Source: Caecitellus pseudoparvulus (taxonomy: Eukaryota; Protista; Bigyra: Bicosoecida). Taken from it: a DNA stretch of 64,000 bases. The notes under the pieces are model-generated. The model was not told where the DNA came from and searched no databases. It saw nothing but the letters and a program-made list of their open reading frames with translations. Position 1 is the first letter of the stretch. The number at the start of each line of letters is the position of its first letter. Made by a program: the position numbers and the translations under genes. The stretch spans positions 496,001 through 560,000 of the forward strand of contig CBFFRQ010000069.1 in the NCBI GenBank assembly GCA_965644315.1, given 5' to 3'. This document shows, piece after piece, positions 44,159 to 55,052 of this stretch.

Positions 44159-46402
44159 TCAGTCCTCCTTCCGCCTCCGTTTCCTGCTGCGACTTGTGGT
44201 CATGAAACGCTCCGCGAAATTGAAGCGTGGCTTGGCCATGCGTGCGCCCCGAGCGCCTGCTGCGTCGACGGCGGCTCGCCACTGCTCATACTTCGACTGG
44301 TCCACGCCCAGCGCGGCATCGTCTTCGTTCTGGAACAACACCAGGACACTGGAGCGAGTTGCAAACACCTCCTCCACAGAGGACGGCGGGCTGGCTGCGG
44401 GAATGGCCAGCCCAAAACCACCCGTGAACAGGTGAGCAGGGTGCGTGCCATCGTCGGCATGCTCAGGGGGGAGAGGGGCGAACAGCGCCGACGCAAACTC
44501 TGACGTCAGGCGCACCTTCCACATCTTGGTCTTAGCATCCCACGCCACGCCCACGTACCGCGAGCGCACCTCGGCGCCGCCGCTTCCGTCCACCGGCGTG
44601 CTGCCCGTGCCGGCCACCTTCTTCACGGCACAGGCTTTGGACTTCTCAGGGATGGCAGGGTACTCCTCGGGAAAGTTCAGGCGCAGCTTGCGCTTCTGGT
44701 CCCAAGCAGTCACACGTGCCTGGTCCACAGCCCGTGCCGCCTGCTGCTCTTGGTGGAAGCAGCCGAGGTACTTCAGCTTGCCGTCGATGACGCTGTCCGC
44801 GCGCCAACGCTGCGAAGCCTTGATCCACGACACGCCAAGGTACCGCGAGACGATGCGCCCGACTCCCGAAGCGCCAGCGGACTTGGCTGCACTGCCCCCC
44901 GCCTTGCCGTCTTTCGCTTCAGGTGCGCTGGCGCCCCCACTGCGGGTGTCGCTGGTCTCGGCAGGTGCAGAGGCACCCTTCGAGCCGCGGCTGCCCACAC
45001 GCTGCAGCCGGGCTGTCAGGTGTCCGCCCTGGTCCTCGTTCACGCTGGCCACTGTGAAGGTGCTCGGCGCGCCGCCGGTGCCGTGTGCTGAGGTGTGTGC
45101 AGCCGAGGGCCGAGGGGCCTTCCCGGCGCCCCGTGCCCCCTGGCCATCCGCAGGCAGGGAAGGGGGGACAAAGGGGGGGCCGGACACCGCCGCCACACCA
45201 GCCCGGCCTTTAGCAAGGGCGGCAGTGAGCCAGGAGGCAGACGCGCCCCCTCCAGCTTGCACACCCCCCGACAGCATGGTGCTGGAGTCGGGGCGCAGGG
45301 CGTTCCAGACCTGAGAAGGGGGCGACTTCCCCAGGGCAGACGCGCCGAGGTCCCCCATAGCAGCCCACGCAGCAAAGGCTTGCCATCCCGCTGACTTGCT
45401 CGCCGTGGGCTGGGCAGGAGGGTGCCTGTCCGCGGCCACGCTGGGTGCGCTGGGGGCAGACCCACCGGGGCTGGACACAGACAGTCGGCGCTTGGGGGTG
45501 CCTCCGCGTGACGCTGCCGACACGGAGGGCCTGACGGGAGACAGGGACAGGAGCGCCGTCGCAGCCATGGTTTCGTCAGCGCCAGCGGAAGGGCCCCCGC
45601 GCACTTGGGTCGAGGGAGACCCATGGCTGCCCGCCTCGCCTTCCAAGCTGTGCCCGGGGCCGGACGGCGGCGGGGTGCTTGGGTGGTCTCGGCTTGCCTG
45701 GCTCGCTGCAATCATGGCCGTAATGGCTTGGTTTGCTGAGTAGTCGGGCGGGTGCTCTCCACCCGACTCAGACGTCTCAGACGACCCCGCTTGAACGGGG
45801 AGGGAGGATCGGGCGTACTCCGTCAGGGCGCTGTCTTGCGCTGATGGCGAAGCGCTGCCCTCGCGCTGCTGAACCTGGGGCGTCGTGCCGAAGTGCAGAG
45901 CCGACTGAGAGATGGGAGAGGGAGCGCCAGTGCTGCCGTGACTGCCGCCAGGCGGCGCCATGGAGCCACGGCCTTTCATATCGGTAGAATGGGCTTGGGA
46001 GTCCAGGTTGGCGTCGTCTGATGGGCCTGGCGTGGGCAGGCTCAAGCTGCCTTGCAAGGGAGAGCTGCCGTGTTGCGGCAGTGCCCTTGTGCCGCCGTCG
46101 CCATCGTGTTCGAAAACGTCCTCCTCCAGCCCCACGTCGCCGCCCTCAGAGCAGTGTGCAGGCGTGCTGGAGCCGTCAGACGAAGTGGGGGGGTGTCGAG
46201 AAGGGCGTGCCTCGACAGCGCCACCCTTGGCAATGCTCGGCGTGCTGCCGCCGACGCCGGCACTGCCGCCCTTGAATTTGAAGGGAGCAGTGAATGACAG
46301 GGCGCTGGCTGCGGAGGGCAGCCCCAAGGTCAGCCCATCTCCCTCCCTCCGACTAGGTGTTGGTGCTCCTGGCGAAGCCAGCAGCTGCGACGGGGGCTGC
46401 AT
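44159..46402 (-). CDS. AP2/ERF-domain transcription factor with two C-terminal AP2 domains
   Basis: SRYLGVSW...WRA...KYLGCF..EQQAARAVD...LNFP and SRYVGVAW...WKVRL...F.NEDDAA..VD...FNF; basic C-terminal NLS RSRKRRRK. The frame is open to 46741; first ATG at 46402. Confidence 0.88.
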   Translation of the reverse strand: MQPPSQLLASPGAPTPSRREGDGLTLGLPSAASALSFTAPFKFKGGSAGVGGSTPSIAKGGAVEARPSRHPPTSSDGSSTPAHCSEGGDVGLEEDVFEHDGDGGTRALPQHGSSPLQGSLSLPTPGPSDDANLDSQAHSTDMKGRGSMAPPGGSHGSTGAPSPISQSALHFGTTPQVQQREGSASPSAQDSALTEYARSSLPVQAGSSETSESGGEHPPDYSANQAITAMIAASQASRDHPSTPPPSGPGHSLEGEAGSHGSPSTQVRGGPSAGADETMAATALLSLSPVRPSVSAASRGGTPKRRLSVSSPGGSAPSAPSVAADRHPPAQPTASKSAGWQAFAAWAAMGDLGASALGKSPPSQVWNALRPDSSTMLSGGVQAGGGASASWLTAALAKGRAGVAAVSGPPFVPPSLPADGQGARGAGKAPRPSAAHTSAHGTGGAPSTFTVASVNEDQGGHLTARLQRVGSRGSKGASAPAETSDTRSGGASAPEAKDGKAGGSAAKSAGASGVGRIVSRYLGVSWIKASQRWRADSVIDGKLKYLGCFHQEQQAARAVDQARVTAWDQKRKLRLNFPEEYPAIPEKSKACAVKKVAGTGSTPVDGSGGAEVRSRYVGVAWDAKTKMWKVRLTSEFASALFAPLPPEHADDGTHPAHLFTGGFGLAIPAASPPSSVEEVFATRSSVLVLFQNEDDAALGVDQSKYEQWRAAVDAAGARGARMAKPRFNFAERFMTTSRSRKRRRKED

Positions 46403-47011
46403 GCTGCCTGTGTCAGCGTGCAGCTCCGTTTGAAACGCGGGTGTCGTGGCGCCGCCTGGATTGACACGGCGCAAGGTGTCCCTCACTGCTCTGCACCCCG
46501 CGGGCGCTGGGTGGGGGAAGCTGGGTACTCTATGCTTGCATAAATGTGCTCGTGGTGGGCAAGTGATGCACTGTTTGGAACTTTGCCACGCATCGTCGAC
46601 TGCCCGCTGAAAACGCTGCTTGGTGCGGCACACTGCAGCATTTTTTGAGGAAGTGGCGTGCACACACGGTAGCCCGGCAGCACACTCGCCAAAGCTGTTC
46701 AGCGTGCAGGCTCCTACTTGCCATCCTTCCTGGGCCAGCAAGCCTCAACCTGCTCAGAAGGCCGCGAGCAGGGACTCGCAGCGGAGCCCACTCGCACTTG
46801 GGGTGTTTAGGGGGGGTCACGACAGAGCGTGCAGCGGCCGCCGCGGGCGCCAGGAATGCCAAGGAAGCAGGGCGACCAATGCAGGTGGGCCACTTCCCAC
46901 CACTCTCCCCCACTCGTTGCTTCCATTCTGTGTGCAGCGTCTGCGTGCCAGCCCACAGTCAGCACTGGAAAAGAGCCAGCGCAATTACCGCACACACCAG
47001 CACCTGCAGCC

Positions 47012-47236
47012 ATGCCGAAGCCACAGGGCCCAGAGCTGCGCAAGTACATGGACAAGCGCATCAGCGTCAAGTTGAACGGGAAGCGCGAAGTTAATGGAGT
47101 CCTGCGGGGGTACGACCAGTTCATGAACATCGTCGTGGAGGCTGGGGAAGAAGCTGGCTCAGGAGCGGCGGTCGGCACCGCCGTCATTCGAGGCAACAGC
47201 ATCATCCAAATCGAATGCCTGGACAAGGTGTGGTAG
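47012..47236 (+). CDS. SNRPG: Small nuclear ribonucleoprotein Sm G
   Basis: PELRKYMDKRISVKLNGKREVNGVLRGYDQFMNIVV...GTAVIRGNSIIQIECLD (Sm1 and Sm2 motifs). Confidence 0.95.
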   Translation: MPKPQGPELRKYMDKRISVKLNGKREVNGVLRGYDQFMNIVVEAGEEAGSGAAVGTAVIRGNSIIQIECLDKVW

Positions 47237-47284
47237 GCTGTAAGGGGCTGGTGTATTAAGCTCGACCGAGCAGGCATGCAGGCC

Positions 47285-50200
47285 TCATGAGCCGCTGGCG
47301 TCCTTGGAGGCCGGCAAGTGGCCCGGCACTGGCGTCTTGCAGATGGGGCAGGTGCCAGCAGAGGCCAGCCACGGGTCCACACACGCCTGGTGAAAGGTGT
47401 GGAGGCAAGACGTGTGCCGCAGGGCCTCCCCCTCCACAAATTCACAGCAACACACGACGCACTTACCCTCCACGTCAGCGCCTGCCACGCTGCTGGGCAG
47501 GGCAGCCACACCACCCAATGCGCTCTCCTCCGCTTCCCCACCGCCGCCCCCCTCGGGGTACGCAGTCATGGCCAGCGCTGTTGCATGGTCAGCCTCCCGG
47601 ACGCCATGTTTGTTGGCCAGCGTCTCGGCAAGGAGGGAAAGCGTGTCTTCCAGCACGTGCACCAGCAGAGCACCCGCCTCCGTGTCCAGTGCTGCGCCCA
47701 CGACACGGGAGTACTCGGAGCCCTCCCGCTCAAGGATCTGCGTCAAGCTGTCGCTGTCGGTGCTGTTCACTGACTGGGCATCCCCCAGTCCACACTGCTC
47801 ACGACTGAATGCCTCGGCTGCCATGATGAGGTGGATGCCGTCGCCGTCCGCGCCACAGTACGCCTCCGGCACGAACTCCTGCAGGGTGGAGCATTCCGCC
47901 ATGACGGCGCTGCTGTGTGCAAACAGGATGCTGCCGATGGCCTCTGCGTCTTCCTCGACGTACGTCACACGCATGCCCGCAGACACTGCCCGGTGCTCCA
48001 CCACAGGCACGATGGTCTCCTGGGCTTCTAGCAAGCTCTGCCCCTGCGACATGCCCGCCATGACTTCATCTGCAATGCTGGCCAAGGTGCTCAGCATGTC
48101 CTCCATGCTCTCCCCGATGTCGTGGCTCTCGCGGCATACGAGGGCCATGACCAAAGGTGGCACAGTGGGCGCCTCCTGCATGCCCCGCGCCACGCGCACC
48201 GCCACGGCAACGTGCCGGTGCCACGTGGCACACTCCACCGCTTGCAAGAGGTCCCCCATATCGCCGGACGGCGTCGGGGCCAACAAGGCGCCCTCGTCCT
48301 CTGAGGCTGAGGCGGGGTCCACCCCCATGCCGTGCCAGGACGGCGCAGAGGGGGGCAGCAGCCACTCCTGCGTCCCCACCCCTGCCAACGGCAACATGAG
48401 GGGTGTCGCTGCCAGTGACCGGGCACATGCTTGGCACTGCACTGCGCAAGTGGGGGTGGGGAAGGCATCCACTTGGCCTGCCGCACGCACCAGGCGACTG
48501 GTTCGGATGTGAGCCTGCAGGTTGCCCGCGGGCGGTACGGCGGCCAGGAGGGCTGGTGGGCCCACCGTCTGAGGAGATGCGCTCCCCACGCTGTCTTGAA
48601 GCTCAGGTGAAGGCGGCGGCGAGGCGCAGAAGGACCGCCGGCGCCTAGTGGGGCCTCGTGCCGCAGAGCCTGCCGTCTCCACCTGCGCATCAAGCGCTTC
48701 ATGTGCAGCAGCCCAGTTCGCTTCATCAGCCCCCAACACGGCACTGGCCTGCGCAGCAGCCTGTGCCAAGTTGCGAGGCGGCACTTGCACCTGTGCAGCG
48801 CAGCCAGGTGAATGGCAAGACACGAAAACAACAGGCAGCGCTGCGGGGGGTGACGGGTGTGGCACACACCCCCCCTGCAGCGGGGCGCTCACGCAGGGAC
48901 GCAGGGCACTCCTCAGCGCCATGGGAACATCCCTGTACAGCAGCGTTGCACTGAAGTTGCCTGGGACGCCCTTGGCCGCCCGTGTGAGGCCCAAGCGAGC
49001 TCGCGGGATGTGCCGGCTGCCCACGAACGGGCCCACGCCGCCCCAGGCGGGTCGCAACGCGCTGCAGTCCACGGGGAACTCAGCCAGAAGCAGGCGCTGT
49101 GCAGTGGGCGACGCGGACGGGGGCCGGTCCTCCCCCTCCACCATTACATGGTACAGGCGCAGCAGCAGCGTGCCAGTGGCAGCCACAGGCAGCGGCACGG
49201 ACACAGGGGCGTTGCCTGCCGGGTAAGCGTGCTGGCCGGCCACTGCCGAGCTGTACACCAGAACGGTGTTGCCACTGCCATCTGTGCCGAACAGCATGAC
49301 GGTGGGGCGGATGAAGGCGGCCGTCCGGGGGGACGTGGGTACGATGGCGGGGGCCAGGGACAGGACCAGGCTGTGCAGCGCGATGTGAGACTGCGGCACT
49401 GCCCACCCTGAACCATCTGGTGCCGAGGGTGGGATGAGGGCTGCTGCCGCTGCGCCAGAGGGCAGATCGATGAAGGGTGGTGGCAGGACGCCGCCGCCAC
49501 CTGGCACGGAGGAGCCCACGAGGGGCTCTGGAAGGGCCGCACACTGCCCTGTCCATGCAGCCTCTGCCAGACCCACAGTGGCCGCCACAGAGCGTTTTCG
49601 TCGGCGGGGCATCATGTCTGATGGCGGCGTCGCGAGCGCTGAGGGTTCTGGCGAGGGCGGGTCCTCCCTCACCACGACAGGGCTGTCGCCGCTTCGCACC
49701 AACCCTCGCCACTCCTCACCGACCCCAAAAGCGTGGCTCAGGCAATCCAGCGCGGCGACGACAGGGTCTGCAGTGCCAGGTACCTGAACCTCCAGGGGAT
49801 TTGACCCAGCACGCAGCAAGGTTCGGACACGGCCCACAGCGGACGCTGAGGCTTGCTGCAAACCACCCCCATGCAGGCCAGAGCCGCTGCCCCTTCGATC
49901 AGTGCGCAGTCCAGAGAGGGGCATGGGGGTCCAGGGGGACACGCCTGCTCCTGCGGCTGACAGGCCGATGAGGGCTTGCGCGCACTGGCCGGCCAGGTCC
50001 CGGGCTTGGGCCAGGGAGCCCTGCAGCAGCAACCCAGACAGCATGTGAGCCAGGAGGAGGCTCCGCAGATGCGACTTGCGCCCACAGAGAATGAGGCAGA
50101 CATGGCGGGCATCGGCACACAGCCAGGAGGCCAGTGCCATGGCATGTGCAGCTGCTGTGGGCATGCCTGCCTGCCGTGGCAAGGCGGTCAAGTGCAGTTG

Positions 50201-50671
50201 GTGCCCCAGTCCAGGCAACTGCTGCTGCAGGGCCCCTGGGCAGCAGGAGTCCCAGTCTTCGTGGAACACGCCGACGTTGGACGCCCCAAAGGTCTGTTCC
50301 GCCCATACCAGGGCCCGCGCAAGCACCTGTGCAGGGATCCGGGGTATAACGTGGGACAACGAGAGGGCAGCTCGGCTGCCTTTGGGGTCGCCAGCTCACC
50401 TGTGAGGGGTACTGCTGGAGAGACTTGCCCAAGCCAAGGGCAGATGACGAACGAGAGAGAAATGCGGGGGTCAGCTTGTCTGCATGATGCTCAGGGCAAG
50501 CAGGGTGGAGCGACGAGCAGTGCGAAGCCTGCGGAAATCGCCCAACATACCAGGATGCAGCACAAAGACCCGGTGCGAAACACGGCACAGGCGGGACTTG
50601 GAAAACTCGATTCCAGATGCAGTACCTCGGGCTGTTTCCAGGGCGTCCAGGAACGACCCCTCGGCTGCCAT
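47285..50671 (-). CDS. Degenerate PTEN/tensin-like domain + C2 + C-terminal RING-H2 E3 ligase (exons 50671-50551, 50479-50400, 50326-47285; about 1,080 aa)
   Basis: RING-H2 CVVC...CLHTFHQACVDPWL....CPIC is clear. WLCADARHVCLILC and LHSLVL...IRPTVMLF...VYSS...GTLLLRLYH resemble tensin phosphatase and C2 domains. Two GT-AG introns keep the frame. Confidence 0.8.
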
Positions 50672-50891
50672 GCCTCCTCACCGCGGGCGTTTCGTGCGGT
50701 GGTCACCTGTCCCTGCACACCCTACCTCAAGAGATTGCGCCAAGCTTGCCGCCAGCAGCTGCTTCCAGCTCAAACCAGCAGTATGAGGGGATAAACCGAG
50801 CCAACTACAAACGTGGCACGCCATGCATGGCCCTGTTGGGCCGAGTGTGCCCTGAACATCCGGCGTTGCTGTGGGAGCAATGTATTGAGGC

Positions 50892-53053
50892 TCATGAAGG
50901 GTTGTCGGGAGGACCGTCGCTGGCTGCAGCTCCCGCCGCCCCAGCTCGCTCCTGCAGTGCAACGACCCAGTTCAACACCCGGCTGTGCACTGCAAAGGCC
51001 AGGGTCTCCGCTGCCTGCCCAGGCAGGTCGCGGATGTCCAGACAACTCACGCCGACATGGGAAGTGTACATGGCCCGGCGCACTCCTTGCCTGCACAGCG
51101 CCAAGGTGCAGCTGGGGCAGGGCACAGCCTCTTCATACCCCACACCCAGCCCATCCAGCTCAACCACCCATGCTGTTGTTCCTTCAGCTGTGCTGATGGT
51201 GCTGTCGGGCGCCGGGAGCAGAACACCACGAGACGGCGCAGCATCGCTGCTGGCACCTGTCTGAGCACCCCCTCCCAACGTGTAGGCAGCTGTCTCAGCC
51301 TCTACGGCAGGCAAGGCAAGCCTGGACAGGCAGTGAACCTCAGCATGCATCACCTTGGCACGCCTGGACTTCCTCTGCTTCGTTGAAAGGGGTACTCCCA
51401 GAGCCTCTTGAGCAGAGGGCGGACGGGGAGTGCCTCGCCGCCACACAGTCGCTTCCTGCTCCCCGGTGCGCGGCCGCTTGGCGTGGGGCGGGTGAGTGTC
51501 GTCTTGCCGTGCAGCACTCCCTCGAATTGGAGCTGGGTAGAAACACTCGGCAAAGGGGATGTCTGTGCCCTTGGCAGGGCCTGGGAAACTGTGATTGTGC
51601 CCGGACACCAAAAGTGCGCCACCTATGTCTGCCAGCAGCACACAGCCGTGCTTGCTGCCTGGCTGATTCCCGAGGCCAGCTGCTTCCGCGGCCAGAAGAA
51701 GCGCTGCCTGGGCACTGCCAGGCGGCGGGCTCAGCACCGCGTCCACAGCTGCTTTGGATAGCAGGCCGCAGCTCACCAAACGCCGCAACATGCCCGGCTG
51801 CAGCGCAAACGGCAACAACGACGCATCTGCACCACCAGGCAGGTGCGCGCAGGCCACCCCCCAACCCATGTGCCGCACTGCTGGGGGCATGGCACGCAAG
51901 AGGTGGTGCACGCACTGCTTCGCATCCTCCTCCAGCCCCCCATCCAAACAAGCAGCCAGCACGGTGGCGTACGTGCGGCAGGTGGGCGCCAGGCAGCACA
52001 AGGCTGCGTCACTGGGCTTGTACAGACCAGTGTGACTGTGCACTCCCAGCTCCTCCAGGGGCAACGTGTCCGCTGGCACCATGTTCTTGGCAAGGCCGGG
52101 GGCAGCCTGGGCGCCGCCGCCAGGACTGGGCACCAGCGGAGGCGGCAAGGAGCCCACCACCCCCTCCCACCACCGAAGCACAGCGAGGACCTTCCCAGCC
52201 TTGCCGTGCTGCAGGGAGCTTTCGTCGCCCCCTTCAGCCCAGGCAGCCTGCACGCTGCGCACCAGGGCATCACTGTCCGCCAGCTCAGCGCTCGCGGCGG
52301 CACCGCGATTCACACACAGGGTGGACAGCTCGGCAGCCCCAGTCCAGGCGCCCACGCCAGCGCCCAGCACTATGGGGGGTAGGGAGCACAGACTCCCCCA
52401 GTCCGGACCCCCAGGCTCGTCGTGTGGCGCCACTGTGCCACCCACCTGCCGCAGAGCGTCCCAAAGCGCAGGAATGCTGCCGACAGGCAGGGCAGCCTGG
52501 TCAGTCGCAGGCAGTGCGTGCACAAGCGGGGCAGTGTATAGAGATGGCAAGGCGACTAGATTCTCAACTGCATGAATGCTGTGCTGCAGTGCTGGGAGCA
52601 AGGTCTGTCCCAGCGTCGGCGCCAGGTGCGCAGGCAAGCCCAGCGTGGCACCAGCGCCCAACACATCCCGGATGAACACTGGCAGTGTGGCAGTGGAGGC
52701 AGCCAGGATCGCCTTCATAATCCTGGACCGTGGGGGGGTATAGTGAGGGGGGTCGTCGCCGACTGTCCGGTGGCCAAGTGGCAGGAACCCGGCCCAACGC
52801 ACCCATTCAAGTCATCGGAGGCAACCGATTTCCGCAGCCGCAGCCGCCAGCCCAGCAGCGCCAGGGCAAAGGAGAAGTGCCAGGAGAGCAGCAGCTGTCG
52901 CATGCCCATGTTGAAGGTTCTGTGCGGCGCCATGGCCAAGACTTTGAAGGCTGCTTCCACATCCTGCACGTCCCGGGGCACCACAAACTTTGGCAGCTGC
53001 CGCAGCAGCTCCTGGGCCACCTTCGGCGGCGCTTTTTTCCCGGACCGCCCCAT
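50892..53053 (-). CDS. Zn-dependent cytidine/dCMP-deaminase-fold protein with a large unknown N-terminus (exons 53053-52803, 52722-50892; about 693 aa)
   Basis: KHGCVLL...SGHN, HAE, PCPSC..AL...GVRRAMYT. GTGCGT...TCCAG intron keeps the frame. Confidence 0.85.
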
Positions 53054-53388
53054 GCCTGCTGTGCGTGAAAGGGGGCAGCTGCTTCCCCACTAACGTGCAG
53101 TCAGGCGTGCAGTGTCCGGTCTAGGGATTTTTGCTTTTATTCCACAGTCCGAGATTGATCAAATAGAGTAAGTTCATCGCTCAGGGGGGGGTCAAGACCC
53201 AGACTGAACCTTCTCAATTACGTTTCCCGAGCCTTCTCAACCGGTTGGCCGACGCTTCTTGACAAAAACCACACACAACACCCTTCTAGTCACCCATCGC
53301 TGTCCATGTGCCTGTGAAAAGCCAGACGTACAAGTCTGTGGCTGCAGGTTGCTCCCTACCAAGCAGGACCTGCCACAGCACAGGCGCG
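53054..53388. promoter_or_regulatory. Probable bidirectional promoter between the deaminase gene and TIM44
   Basis: 335-bp lower-GC gap between divergent start codons. Confidence 0.4.
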
Positions 53389-55019
53389 ATGTTGACAGCT
53401 GCCAGGCGCCTTGCGCTCGCCGCAGCTGCACTGCCTGCCAAGCGTGCTGTGTTCAGGCCTGTTGGGGCAGCTTCGCTATGTACGAAAGCTCCAGATGACG
53501 CAGAAAAGCCTGGGGTATTTGCGAAGTTCACGTCGTGGGTAAAGTCTCTGGATGAGGTGAGGCGCGGAATTGGAAGCGGAATACGAAGTCTGACATCACA
53601 GGACTCTCTCCCTACCTGCACTACACACGGCTGCTCTGCGCTGCAGGTGGAAGAGGAGGAAGAGGACGACCCGAAGAACGCCGTGGATGAGGCTGCTGAG
53701 GCGGTGCGTCAGTCTCCAGGCCATGCAGGCGGTTGCAGATCCCCACGTGCCTGTGTCGATGGCTCGCCCTCCGTGCACAGGCTGCGAAGAAGGCCCAAGA
53801 GACGACTGACGCTGCTACGAAGGCTGCCAAGGAGGCAGCTGCAGCTGCAGCGGCTGCCGCTGCGTCGGCATCTGCATGGGCCACCAACAGCACCAAGCAG
53901 TCGGGGAAGAAGGTGGATGGCAGCGGTGAAGGAGCAGGTGACGCTGGCTCCAGCTCCACTGAGCAGGGCTCTGCTCACTCTGCCAGCGCAGGGGCGTCGG
54001 AGGAAGAAGGGAAAGCTGCGCCCAAGCCCAAGTCCTTCATGCACACCCCCACAGGGCGTGTGCTGGCTGGCGTGCTGGGCATGCGAGTGCCCAAGGATGT
54101 CGCAGCGGGCGAAGGGTACGAATGGTACGAGTACTTGGACAGTGAGAGCGGCAAGATGGTGTACCGAAGCTCTGTGACTGGCAGCATCACAGACATCAAG
54201 CCTCACGACTTTGACGAGATGGCTGACGCTGTGAAGGAGGCCACCGGTCGCGACGCCCACCGCATCGTCACCAACACGGAGGCAGCATCCCTGGAGATCG
54301 TACGGGGCAAGCGCACGCGCTTCCAGATGTACTCAGACATGCTGCTGGAGCAGCCTATTATCCAGGGTGTCTTGGCTGCCGCAGATGAGGTGGGGGACAG
54401 CGCTGCTGGGCAGGCGGTGCAGAACATGCGCAAGCGGGCACGGGAGGTGCGAGAGGACTTGGAGACGAAACTGGAGACGAGCCAGCACCCACTGGTGTAC
54501 AACGCCCACTACGCCTACAGCACCATGTTCGCGGAGTCTGACCATGGGCGTGGCATGACAACCATGCTGGCCCTGGACCCGGGCTTCAACGAGGCAGACT
54601 TTGTTGAGGAAATGACGGAAGAGATCGTGCCGAACCTGGTGACTGCCTTCCTTCGCGGGGACCGCAAGATGCTGGAGCACCTGTGCACGCCTTCAGGTCT
54701 CATGGGCATGAAGCCCGTCTTGAAGCAGCGCGAGGCGGAAGGCGTGCATGCCGACCCCACCGTGCTGTCGGTAGACAGTGTGGATTTGTACACAATGCGG
54801 CAAGAGGCGGGGAACACACCCATCGCCGTCGCGACGTGCCAGGTGCAGCAGATTCACTGCATTCGCAACGCAGCTGGCGAAGTGGTGGAGGGCAGCGAGG
54901 ACACCGTGAAACAAGTGACGTACATGCTGGCCATGCAGCGGCAGTGGGACGAGGGTGGCTTGGGCCTCGTGTGGCGCGTGGCAGAGGTCAGCATGACCGA
55001 CGGCCAGCTGTACCTGTAG
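53389..55019 (+). CDS. TIM44: Mitochondrial import inner-membrane translocase subunit Tim44 (exons 53389-53556, 53647-53703, 53781-55019)
   Basis: Presequence MLTAARRLALAAAALPAKR; ETSQHPLV, DPGFNEADF...IVP..V.AFL.GD...L, QQIHCIRNAAGEVVEG, WRV. Confidence 0.92.
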
Positions 55020-55052
55020 ACTGCAGCGCCAAGTGCAAGAATGCACCCCCCT

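Noticed and set aside
51383-52675. 430-aa plus-strand ORF
   Set aside because: Arg/Pro/Ala-rich antisense shadow of the deaminase gene.
53120-53145. Sm-site-like ATTTTTG suggesting an snRNA
   Set aside because: No recognisable U1/U2/U4/U5 conserved elements nearby; more likely T-rich promoter or UTR sequence.
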